From sequence record NC_107631.1: a stretch of DNA of 50,078 nt; one strand, given 5' to 3'. This DNA is from a phage. Each line of letters opens with the position of its first letter. The first letter of the stretch is position 1. Below the pieces are notes generated by a model. It was not told where the DNA came from. It did not search any database and was given only the letters and a program-made list of their open reading frames with translations. Positions 37,536 through 45,249 of this stretch are shown in pieces. Position numbers and translations under genes: made by a program.

Positions 37536-38079
37536 TTTTCAACTCCCCTTCATTAAATGACCTTTCACACAAGTTTTCATGAATTTCTAATTTCGCTTTC
37601 GCGTATGCTGCTCTACATTCTTCCGGAGTGTCAAAATAACCAATGAATGTTACCTTGCCTTTCCTCTTAATCCTGCAATGCCATCGACCAACCCTTTTCT
37701 CAAAATATCCACCAGCAATATCATTGCAATCTCTATTCTGCTGATTCCTCATCGCGTCAGTTTCTTGCAGGTTTTTTACTGCATTGTTTTGTCTGTCACC
37801 ATCAATGTGATCTATTTTTTCAGGCCATACCCCATAATGAAGGAACCACACCACGCGATGAGCAAAAAACCTCCTACCCCTACTACCGCGCTGACCTCTA
37901 AAATAACCGTCTTTAGTAACCTCCCTGAATGCGACGGAGTTTTCCTTATTCCTATGAAACATGTTCTTAAATCTCAATGATGTAGGTGATGATTCGTCGT
38001 AATATACGTGATCCAACAACCACGCCTCATCATCTGCACTTACTTCTCTTGCTAATCCTGTGTTCATAGTCAAACCCAT
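37504..38079 (-). CDS. HNH endonuclease between terminase subunit genes
   Basis: IDHIDGDRQNNAVKNL motif and AP2-like tail; overlaps the large terminase start. Confidence 0.75.
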   Translation of the reverse strand: MGLTMNTGLAREVSADDEAWLLDHVYYDESSPTSLRFKNMFHRNKENSVAFREVTKDGYFRGQRGSRGRRFFAHRVVWFLHYGVWPEKIDHIDGDRQNNAVKNLQETDAMRNQQNRDCNDIAGGYFEKRVGRWHCRIKRKGKVTFIGYFDTPEECRAAYAKAKLEIHENLCERSFNEGELKNVAMGRVKQS

Positions 38080-38107
38080 AAAATGTTACCCATCCGTGGG
38101 TAAGATA

Positions 38108-38632
38108 CTACAGCAATCCAATAACCTTGTCTACCGCGTCCTTCATTGCATCCTCAGTAGTGGCGACCACTGTCGATGCGGAGGCTGACGAGTTTTCGAT
38201 ATTTATTGAGGCTGGCTTATCGATTCCGAGATCCTTACCGATAAAGGAGGCATTAATAACACCGTTGGCGGCAAGCTGAAATTTTTGCTCGTTGATTACG
38301 GATTCCACGAACTCCATAACCTCACTGTATTCTTCCTCACGCTTCCACTTAATGATTGCGGCCTCGCTTGCACCGATAAATAGTCGGTATCCGGTCCAGG
38401 TGAAGACGCGCGGCTTATGAACAAGCGATTCATAAACGCCACCCTGAAAGCTGGCTGATTCTGACGCCTTTATCGCATTGTCTTCAGCCCATTCGAAATA
38501 CTTAACTGACAGATCGAATAGTTGCTCAGGCGTCATTGCCCGGTTCTTCGCAAGAACAGTGCCGAACTTTTTCTTGTATAGCTCTTTGAAATTACCTCCC
38601 TGAACAACGGGGGCGTTCTTAGGTTCACTCAT
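38108..38632 (-). CDS. putative terminase small subunit
   Basis: Position upstream of the large terminase; start moved to Met9 with AGAGGG RBS. Confidence 0.45.
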   Translation of the reverse strand: MSEPKNAPVVQGGNFKELYKKKFGTVLAKNRAMTPEQLFDLSVKYFEWAEDNAIKASESASFQGGVYESLVHKPRVFTWTGYRLFIGASEAAIIKWKREEEYSEVMEFVESVINEQKFQLAANGVINASFIGKDLGIDKPASINIENSSASASTVVATTEDAMKDAVDKVIGLL

Positions 38633-38649
38633 AAATCCATCCTCTTTGT

Positions 38650-38666
38650 TTAACATTTAGTGCTAT
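38650..38666 (-). promoter_or_regulatory. dyad element just upstream of the putative TerS RBS
   Basis: TTAACAT-TTA-GTGCTAT on plus strand; TGGTAAAAT extended -10-like sequence adjacent on minus strand. Confidence 0.4.
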
Positions 38667-38682
38667 TTTACCATATTGCAGG

Positions 38683-38712
38683 CATAAAAAAACCCGCCGG
38701 AGCGGGTTAGTG
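38683..38712 (-). terminator. intrinsic terminator
   Basis: ACCCGCCGGAGCGGGT hairpin with A7 on plus strand. Confidence 0.55.
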
Positions 38713-38716
38713 TTTA

Positions 38717-38944
38717 TCACGACAATAGTCGTTTAATGCCTTTAGGGTGGGTCTTAGCTTTAGAATAGCAGTGAGCAAGGTCGCCAGTCATTTCCCATTG
38801 GTCCCTCTTAGGTGAGTAGGTCAGCCATACACCAGTTTTATCCTTCGCGTCCATCGCAATTGCTGCCGCAACAAGTGCGAAGCCAGCAAACAAACCAGCA
38901 CCAAAAATAACAACACCAGCGATAATCAATAAAAAAATTGTCAT
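38717..38944 (-). CDS. small membrane protein
   Basis: N-terminal transmembrane helix (IFLLIIAGVVIFGAGLFAGFALVAAAIA). Confidence 0.45.
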   Translation of the reverse strand: MTIFLLIIAGVVIFGAGLFAGFALVAAAIAMDAKDKTGVWLTYSPKRDQWEMTGDLAHCYSKAKTHPKGIKRLLS

Positions 38945-38945
38945 G

Positions 38946-39131
38946 TTAAATCTCCTTGATTAATTCAATATTTATTTTGTGAGTGTCAAAGTTAGCGCCG
39001 GAAAGTTTTTTTGCTTTCGTGATGGCTTCTGCCTGACTGGTTGCTGATAATTCAGTTTCGAAAGATTGCTTGCACGACTGGCAAAACATTCCCATCTTTC
39101 GAATAATTAATTTAACTTTGAATCGCTTCAT
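38946..39131 (-). CDS. hypothetical small protein
   Basis: 61 aa; contains a C-x-x-C pair. Confidence 0.4.
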   Translation of the reverse strand: MKRFKVKLIIRKMGMFCQSCKQSFETELSATSQAEAITKAKKLSGANFDTHKINIELIKEI

Positions 39132-39273
39132 CTTCCTGCGCCTTAATCATAACGCCAGCAATGCGACCAATAACAGCCTCGCCAGGATTTAATCGTTTTT
39201 TATAACGAGTGGTTTCACCGTTGCGAGTTACTTTAATTTCAATTTTGACTGATTCATCTTTAGTGTTTTGCAT
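39111..39273 (-). CDS. hypothetical small protein (about 53 aa), not in ORF track
   Basis: ATG 9 nt after AGAGGA; coordinates approximate. Confidence 0.3.
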
Positions 39274-39449
39274 TATGCAATCCTCTTGAATTTTTGCCGC
39301 TTACGGGTCTGCGGCGTTGCTTAACCACTATGCAACCGAGCTTGTTAGCTGGAAGTGTGAGAATCGTCTCACGCGTTGCGACTAATTGCGCCTCGTCTGT
39401 CTACGTGATTAATACTATCACCGCTCAGGGACGTAGGTCAATCATTAAT

Positions 39450-39641
39450 TTAGAATTGTCCCTTAGTCATATCCTGCGGGTAATCAATCTCATGCAAGTT
39501 TCCATCATCCCCGTACACGAATACAAGTCTCTTTGATTTACTAACCTTTTCTACGTCGTACGCGCACCCCGCCGAGAAAGCATTACCATTGCGTGAAGTG
39601 ACACATCTAACCTGATCGCCTTTCTTCGGTAAATTAGCCAT
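39450..39641 (-). CDS. hypothetical protein
   Basis: 63-aa ORF in compact same-strand array. Confidence 0.45.
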   Translation of the reverse strand: MANLPKKGDQVRCVTSRNGNAFSAGCAYDVEKVSKSKRLVFVYGDDGNLHEIDYPQDMTKGQF

Positions 39642-39871
39642 TATTCGTAATCCCCTTCTTTGTTACCTACGCGCCCTGCAATATACCCGGCAGTCCATAC
39701 AAATTTGTATCGGTCGATGAGTAGCTCGACCTTTTTGTGGTGAGTCGATATTACATCAATCATGATCTTATCGTTTTTGCGATCTTCTTTCTTCATGCCG
39801 CTGACGAATTTATTTAATTCTTTAGCTGCGCGCTTTACTACGTTCCATTCTGCCTCGCTTAAACCGAACAT
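39641..39871 (-). CDS. hypothetical protein
   Basis: 76-aa ORF; start/stop overlap with neighbours. Confidence 0.45.
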   Translation of the reverse strand: MFGLSEAEWNVVKRAAKELNKFVSGMKKEDRKNDKIMIDVISTHHKKVELLIDRYKFVWTAGYIAGRVGNKEGDYE

Positions 39872-40215
39872 TATTTACCTCTCCCAAATGAAAAATTAAC
39901 ACCTAAAACCTGATTGCAAACCGACTCCATGTATCGCAACTGGTATTGAGCAACCTTTGAAGGACTTAATTCATCGGTAAATAAATCCTCAACATTTATT
40001 TCTTTTTTATGCTTGCGCTTCCATGCCTTGATGATATTTGGCAGGATTCGCTCGCTCTTCCAGGCTGCAAACTCAGATTGATTCGTTGATGCCGGGGTAA
40101 ACTGCCTTTCGATCTGGTTAAGAAGTTCGGCGGCAGCGCCTTTTACGTGAAGCTGTTCACCAATCGTGTCCAAGAGTTCGCGAGCTTGTTTCTCTGACAA
40201 GTTAATCGTAATCAT
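39871..40215 (-). CDS. hypothetical protein
   Basis: 114-aa ORF, translationally coupled. Confidence 0.45.
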   Translation of the reverse strand: MITINLSEKQARELLDTIGEQLHVKGAAAELLNQIERQFTPASTNQSEFAAWKSERILPNIIKAWKRKHKKEINVEDLFTDELSPSKVAQYQLRYMESVCNQVLGVNFSFGRGK

Positions 40216-40421
40216 GCCTCTTCTCCTTCTTCTTCGATCGGGGTAAAGAACTGCGTTTTAGTTTCCTGGTTGTAATAAACACCTTCGTCATAATCGCTTT
40301 CTTTTACTGCGATAAAAACATCACAGCCGTCATGCATAAAGTCGCCGCTGTCAGTTTCAATCAGCTCGAATATCTCAGAAGTTTTAGTGCAAGTGAAAAA
40401 CTTATCAGTTGATACCATCAT
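40212..40421 (-). CDS. hypothetical acidic small protein
   Basis: 69 aa; preceded by a dyad-motif promoter cassette. Confidence 0.45.
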   Translation of the reverse strand: MMVSTDKFFTCTKTSEIFELIETDSGDFMHDGCDVFIAVKESDYDEGVYYNQETKTQFFTPIEEEGEEA

Positions 40422-40453
40422 TTTGATTTTCTCTCTTCGTTGTCGATGAGGTA

Positions 40454-40497
40454 ACTATATCAAATCACCCCATCGACGTTTTAGCAATTCGTGCTAT
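40454..40497 (-). promoter_or_regulatory. dyad-motif middle promoter
   Basis: ATAGCAC-GAA-TTGCTAA; TGaTATAGT extended -10 28 nt downstream inside inverted repeat GTCGATG..CATCGAC. Confidence 0.55.
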
Positions 40498-41066
40498 TTA
40501 TTGATGAACGTGGCGGCTATGTGCTGAGCGGTAATTTCTGGATGGCCTTCGACAGAAAAGAAGTCACATTCCTGATAACCGTTGACCCCAATCATATCGT
40601 CCAGGTAGATATAGTCTCGACTGTCATTATCGAAGTTGCAACCGTTGCGATGTATTCGACATAGCTTTACCTGGATATCACCTTCAATCATCTGCAATAT
40701 TTCATCTTTGAATCCACCATCAGTAAATACCGAAAGGGAGTGAGACTCTTTCACCTTGCTTTCCGCTCGCATACCGAAGAAGCGATTTCCGAACTGCGGC
40801 TTGATGACTTCCTCGCTAATCCAGATCATAAACTGGCGAGGGCTTTTACCGTTCAGGATTGATGCTGGCTCTTCTTTATATCGACGGTCCTCATACAAGA
40901 ACATGAAATACTCGTAGTTAGCTTCACCCAGGATTGCCCGGGCAATCTCAAACATTGGCGCTTTGAAGCTGCGCAAGGCTACGTGATCGTAAGTGTCAGC
41001 CAGGATGCATCCGATAGTGTCTTTTCCCGCGCCAGGTGCGCCGTTTAAAATGATAGCTGTTTTCAT
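40494..41066 (-). CDS. P-loop kinase, polynucleotide kinase-like
   Basis: Walker A ILNGAPGAGKDT resembling the T4 Pnk N-terminal kinase domain; AGGGAG RBS. Confidence 0.55.
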   Translation of the reverse strand: MKTAIILNGAPGAGKDTIGCILADTYDHVALRSFKAPMFEIARAILGEANYEYFMFLYEDRRYKEEPASILNGKSPRQFMIWISEEVIKPQFGNRFFGMRAESKVKESHSLSVFTDGGFKDEILQMIEGDIQVKLCRIHRNGCNFDNDSRDYIYLDDMIGVNGYQECDFFSVEGHPEITAQHIAATFINK

Positions 41067-41174
41067 GTTAGCATCTCCCTAAAAATAATTTTGCCACATT
41101 GATGATTGTGTGATTGATGATTAACAGGATGATAACCGTCAATACCGGATGTGCTGCAATAAATTCGTACAGGT

Positions 41175-41708
41175 TCATTCATCTACCCCGTGGGATTTTA
41201 AATGATCGTGAACGTTATCACCATAGTCAACTACAGCGTAAGTGGTTATCCCAAGCGATCTGAATAATGGAATAATTTGCGGCGAGTCATCCCAAGCCGC
41301 CAGAATGTTATCAATGCCGATCGCGCGCACCGCCTCTTCTTTCATTACCGTGTCTTTGCGGTTGTCGGTGTGCGGTCGCATGACTAAGTAATCATATCGA
41401 GCGCCGTGATGCTTAAGCCATAACTCAGATGCGTAACGCACCTCATCACTTCGCCCGGTTAAAATTATTACATGATATCCAGCGGCAAACATAGAGTTCA
41501 TCACATCGATCGTGCTTTGGATAGGGTTGTCAAATATTGCCGCGCGGTTAAACTCGGACCAGCTTTCAGTCAAGTGCAAATCCTTTGTCGGCAGCAGGTG
41601 AAGTCGACCAGAACCATCGCTAAGTGTCCCGTCAAAGTCAAAGATTGCCACGCGGCGCGTGCCGAGAAACAGGTTGATTGTCTGGCCCCAAATTGTGATT
41701 TTATCCAT
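41175..41708 (-). CDS. HAD-family phosphatase, T4 Pnk 3'-phosphatase domain-like
   Basis: VAIFDFDGTLSD and NP..GYHVIILTGRS match the T4 Pnk phosphatase motifs FDVDGTL and GYQIVVVSGRES. Confidence 0.65.
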   Translation of the reverse strand: MDKITIWGQTINLFLGTRRVAIFDFDGTLSDGSGRLHLLPTKDLHLTESWSEFNRAAIFDNPIQSTIDVMNSMFAAGYHVIILTGRSDEVRYASELWLKHHGARYDYLVMRPHTDNRKDTVMKEEAVRAIGIDNILAAWDDSPQIIPLFRSLGITTYAVVDYGDNVHDHLKSHGVDE

Positions 41709-41748
41709 GATTTATTCCTCTGATTGGTTGCTTAACTCAACGAAGGGC

Positions 41749-41792
41749 ATTCTAACAAATACCCTTGAGCAAGTTTTAGCAATTCGTGCTAT
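41749..41792 (-). promoter_or_regulatory. dyad-motif middle promoter
   Basis: ATAGCAC-GAA-TTGCTAA then TGtTAGAAT 28 nt downstream inside inverted repeat AAGGG..CCCTT. Confidence 0.55.
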
Positions 41793-42286
41793 TACCAGTA
41801 ATCAACCTCGTAGTCAGCCCAGGCGTCAAAATCACTTTGGCAGAATGTTCCGCTATAATTTTCCATCATTTCATCGATCAGGAAGTAGCATGACTCACCG
41901 TTACGATAGAAGTATGAATCAGCAACGTTACGCGCCCATCGCCCGGCATCTTTCTTGCTCATCTTCCAGTGTTTCATTGCAATTTTCTTGAATGCGCGAA
42001 CAACGCGTTTGCGGATCTTGACATGCTTGTACACCGCATTGCAGCCGTAGGCCATATATTCGTTATTTCCAAGATTCTGCATGATGTAAGGATTAACCTC
42101 TTTCGATGTGATTTCCAGATCGCCATCATCCAGCTTGTCATCTTGAATCTTAGCTGTAATGTAGTGACCTTTGAACATACCTAAGCCATGCAGAGTGTAC
42201 TCGTCGTTAGGTGCTTCAATACAGATTAGGTGTTTCATTCGTGCTTCCTCTTTTGTTGGTGTAGGGGAATCATAGCGCATTCCCAT
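41792..42286 (-). CDS. hypothetical protein
   Basis: 164-aa ORF with Trp/Tyr-rich C-terminus. Confidence 0.5.
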   Translation of the reverse strand: MGMRYDSPTPTKEEARMKHLICIEAPNDEYTLHGLGMFKGHYITAKIQDDKLDDGDLEITSKEVNPYIMQNLGNNEYMAYGCNAVYKHVKIRKRVVRAFKKIAMKHWKMSKKDAGRWARNVADSYFYRNGESCYFLIDEMMENYSGTFCQSDFDAWADYEVDYW

Positions 42287-42312
42287 TGATAGGTTTTAGC
42301 AATTCGTGCTAT
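42269..42312 (-). promoter_or_regulatory. dyad-motif middle promoter
   Basis: ATAGCAC-GAA-TTGCTAA then TATGAT 28 nt downstream inside inverted repeat GGGAAT..ATTCCC. Confidence 0.55.
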
Positions 42313-42671
42313 TCGTTTTAATAGTGATGCAAAAATAATTTTTTAAGCACGTCACTACGCGCGCTGAATCGACTTGTGGGAGCCTTAAAATTTCGTGGGT
42401 CAATTGCACTGCCGACACATCAGATTTGTAGTAGTGGGCGATTCTGGAGCTATTTGGGCGCATTCCTTCCACTGCGTCGCGTGCTGCATCTTCTGCTGTC
42501 ATGATAGTAGCCATAAAACACCCTTAAGAGATAGAGTCAGAAACAGGAGGCAGAATAACAACTCATGAAATGATGGAGGTTCGTTTTTCCAGTTCTTAAA
42601 GTCAGGCATAAAGCTATTCATATTCACCTCATAAAAATAGGGAACCGCTCAGGAACGATTCCCACTTTAAT

Positions 42672-43328
42672 TTAAACTACGAAAAACAGCACGATAAGAG
42701 AAATAAGAAGCACGGTAGCCATAGCCAGGTTCGCCAGATTATCAATGTCCTTGTTGGTCAGCTTAGGCTTGACTTTACCATCAACTTCGGTTGGCTTAAC
42801 GCTGTGAATCTTACCCTGTTCGATGCGGAAACCGCCCTTGATTCGACTGGTATTAAATTTCTGCTTCTTCTTGCCGAACGTTGCAAACTTAGTGCCGCCA
42901 CTATTCCAGCGAAGACCCTCGCCGTTGTGAGTTACGGTTGCAATGCGGTTGCGACCCGTGTCGTCGGTAATTACAGCTGCGTGCTTTGCGTTCTCGGTCG
43001 GTACATCGTAGATATTGCCAACGGTAAATTTTTTGGTGTTATCGCTGATACATTCGAATTTCATAGTTTTTACCTCTTTATTATGCAGTTGGTTGATTGC
43101 TTCGATTACGTCGTTAAATTTAACACCATCCACGATTCGATGGAAGATATATTTTGAACTACCGCCATATGGCAGGAAAAGCTCCTGGTATTCGTGACGC
43201 CGCACAACGTTCACGTTACTACCGAACTCATCAACTATAACGAAGTTGTCGTCATTGACGCGAGCGCCTTCGTAGATTTTGCCGTACTTAAAACCAGATC
43301 CGATACTTGATACGCATTCAAATTTCAT
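42672..43328 (-). CDS. membrane-anchored protein with tandem duplicated domain
   Basis: Two repeats each beginning MKFEC(V/I)S...G(K/N)IY; C-terminal transmembrane anchor. Confidence 0.5.
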   Translation of the reverse strand: MKFECVSSIGSGFKYGKIYEGARVNDDNFVIVDEFGSNVNVVRRHEYQELFLPYGGSSKYIFHRIVDGVKFNDVIEAINQLHNKEVKTMKFECISDNTKKFTVGNIYDVPTENAKHAAVITDDTGRNRIATVTHNGEGLRWNSGGTKFATFGKKKQKFNTSRIKGGFRIEQGKIHSVKPTEVDGKVKPKLTNKDIDNLANLAMATVLLISLIVLFFVV

Positions 43329-43612
43329 GGTCTAACCTTCCTGTAAGGTTTGATTGATAACATCACGTATTGCGTGAAGTCGCATTCTTGCTCGTCATAC
43401 CCGCGATTGATGTACGGAGTCACGTCGGTAACATCGGATACCCTGGCGTGAACCTCCCAACCGGTAAACTCATCGCGATCGAACTCTCGTAGCTCAAGGA
43501 TATCACCAACCTGGAAGTTTCTGTCATTGACTCGGAACTCTGCCGTTTTGGTTCCGTTCATTACACCAATGAAATGTACCGGGGCGATTTTTAACTTATG
43601 AGTTTTGCTCAT
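43325..43612 (-). CDS. small beta-barrel protein, possibly ASCH/DUF3850-like
   Basis: 95 aa; weak pattern resemblance only; translationally coupled to the downstream gene. Confidence 0.35.
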   Translation of the reverse strand: MSKTHKLKIAPVHFIGVMNGTKTAEFRVNDRNFQVGDILELREFDRDEFTGWEVHARVSDVTDVTPYINRGYDEQECDFTQYVMLSIKPYRKVRP

Positions 43613-43802
43613 CTTTCTTTACCTCGAATGTCACGTTCCAGAATTTATTGCCGCATGAATGATAGATTACGTCATGAGATGTTAGTTCGTGCAATGCGTG
43701 CCCGACAATATCCATTCGGTCATTCGGCGTCAGTCCGCGAAGCGATTCACGAAGGCGTGAGGCCTTGTCGTAAATCTGCCACTGAGTTAGTCGTGTAGCC
43801 AT
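43596..43802 (-). CDS. hypothetical protein
   Basis: Start moved to Met15, directly after the conserved CAACCAATCAGAGGAAT cassette. Confidence 0.45.
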   Translation of the reverse strand: MATRLTQWQIYDKASRLRESLRGLTPNDRMDIVGHALHELTSHDVIYHSCGNKFWNVTFEVKKDEQNS

Positions 43803-43842
43803 AGCTGATTCCTCTGATTGGTTGCCATGCTTCAATAAGGCC

Positions 43843-43886
43843 ACTATATCAAATGGCCTTGCGGAAGGTTTAGCAATTCGTGCTAT
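43843..43886 (-). promoter_or_regulatory. dyad-motif middle promoter (cassette family B)
   Basis: ATAGCAC-GAA-TTGCTAA then TGaTATAGT 28 nt downstream inside inverted repeat GGCCA..TGGCC. Confidence 0.55.
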
Positions 43887-43949
43887 TTAAAACTTTCTTG
43901 ATGCGATTGCGATAAAACTGCATTACGTGCTCATTATGCCAATTGCTCA

Positions 43950-44435
43950 TTATTTCGCCTCGTAGCGTACAAGCGTTCCGCGCTTAATGCTGATTTCACC
44001 TGATACCGTCTTGTGTTTGAAGCTGCCATAATGCAATAGAAGAGTGATGATATCGTCGTGCACTTCAATAGTTTTCGGCGTAGCGGTGATTTCAAGCCAG
44101 GATTTATCATCAAGCTGAACTCCTTTTAGCGTTGCGCTAAGTGGCATGTTCTCGATTTGAGTGCATTGTAGCATCGGCTTGATTTCTGGCTTTGCTGCGT
44201 GAAAGATGGCTCGACCAGTCTTCCAGCCAGGCCCGACACTCTCAACATAATACGGAAGAGATGGGATGTTATCAGGATTGTGATTGTTATGAAGCTCTAT
44301 GAGATTACCAACAATCGACGGATGGCACTCATTGAATGACGAATCAGTTGCACGATCTTTGCTGTGGCAGGTTATTTTACCGCAGCTAATAGTGTTAAAA
44401 ACTACAGGGAATTTAATCTCGTTTAATTTCAACAT
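43950..44435 (-). CDS. hypothetical protein
   Basis: 161-aa ORF served by its own dyad-motif promoter. Confidence 0.5.
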   Translation of the reverse strand: MLKLNEIKFPVVFNTISCGKITCHSKDRATDSSFNECHPSIVGNLIELHNNHNPDNIPSLPYYVESVGPGWKTGRAIFHAAKPEIKPMLQCTQIENMPLSATLKGVQLDDKSWLEITATPKTIEVHDDIITLLLHYGSFKHKTVSGEISIKRGTLVRYEAK

Positions 44436-44465
44436 AATGACTTCCTCTTAGTGGTCGATGCGGGG

Positions 44466-44509
44466 ATTATACCAGTCAGGACAAATCCCCTTTTAACAAT
44501 TCGTGCTAT
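44466..44509 (-). promoter_or_regulatory. dyad-motif middle promoter
   Basis: ATAGCAC-GAA-TTGTTAA then TGgTATAAT 28 nt downstream inside inverted repeat GGGGATT..AATCCCC. Confidence 0.6.
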
Positions 44510-44976
44510 TTGGTAAGATACTTCACGTTACTACCAGCAACCTCATTCCAGCCGTCATCAAAGAACACGCTGTAGCACGTTGCTGAGCGCTGTCGAATCT
44601 TCGATACGGTTCGCCACACTTTACGCCCCGAGTAACCAGTCAGCACACGCATCCCTGGCAATAACTCACCCGACTTTCTCACCTTAATAGCCACATCAGA
44701 ATCAAGCTCGAACGACTCAAGATAGACCGGGTTAATCATATTCCACATACGGCGCTCTTCGTGCTCATCTGCCCACTCGCAGCCATTGTTCGTCTTGATA
44801 GATCCAATGAAGCAACCCAGTTTTTCAGTAAGTGAGTCTGCGCGGTATGAGTTGATATCGATGACCGTGTAGTGGCTGTACATATGCCAGTGCGATCCGG
44901 TTTTGTGCTCAAACGCGAAGAATGACATTTCGCCATCAATCTCATCTTTAGCCAGAAATACGGTAATTGTCGCCAT
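44506..44976 (-). CDS. hypothetical protein
   Basis: 156-aa ORF. Confidence 0.5.
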   Translation of the reverse strand: MATITVFLAKDEIDGEMSFFAFEHKTGSHWHMYSHYTVIDINSYRADSLTEKLGCFIGSIKTNNGCEWADEHEERRMWNMINPVYLESFELDSDVAIKVRKSGELLPGMRVLTGYSGRKVWRTVSKIRQRSATCYSVFFDDGWNEVAGSNVKYLTK

Positions 44977-44978
44977 GA

Positions 44979-45173
44979 TTAAGCCTCAGCAAAGTAAGTG
45001 TTAAAGCCTTTGAGTTTGTAGTCGCTACCTACGCGCACAACGTTCCAGGCAAGGCCCGAGTGATATGCAACCATATCCTCAAGGTCGATCGTGATTTCGG
45101 TTCCTTTCTTGAACAGACCCTTTTCATGAGTTGAGTCGCGCTGAACAACAACCACATCAATTTGAGTTTCCAT
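44979..45173 (-). CDS. hypothetical small protein
   Basis: Start moved to Met23, preceded by GAGGAAACGAAG, identical to the RBS of the gene at 46658..46828. Confidence 0.45.
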   Translation of the reverse strand: METQIDVVVVQRDSTHEKGLFKKGTEITIDLEDMVAYHSGLAWNVVRVGSDYKLKGFNTYFAEA

Positions 45174-45205
45174 CTTCGTTTCCTCTGTATCGTGTCGATG
45201 AGAAG

Positions 45206-45249
45206 ATAATACCCGATCCGCTCGATCGGGCTTTAACAAAAAGTGCTAT
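45206..45249 (-). promoter_or_regulatory. dyad-motif middle promoter (cassette family A)
   Basis: ATAGCAC-TTT-TTGTTAA then TATTAT 28 nt downstream after inverted repeat CCCGATC..GATCGGG. Confidence 0.55.

Noticed and set aside
39282-39449. Possible tRNA gene in the non-coding island.
   Set aside because: A D-loop-like AGTGGTTAA string is present, but I could not build a cloverleaf: no 7-nt T-loop with flanking 5-bp stem and no acceptor pairing.
40481-40497. The dyad element as a sigma54 (-24/-12) promoter, because of TAGCAC..TTGC.
   Set aside because: The GC to GC spacing is two nt too short and the invariant -24 GG is AG; the fixed 28-nt distance to sigma70-like -10 hexamers is a better explanation.
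41067-41174. Small hydrophobic ORF (about 38 aa) in the spacer between the phosphatase and kinase genes.
   Set aside because: No convincing RBS and two competing frames; cannot be distinguished from chance.
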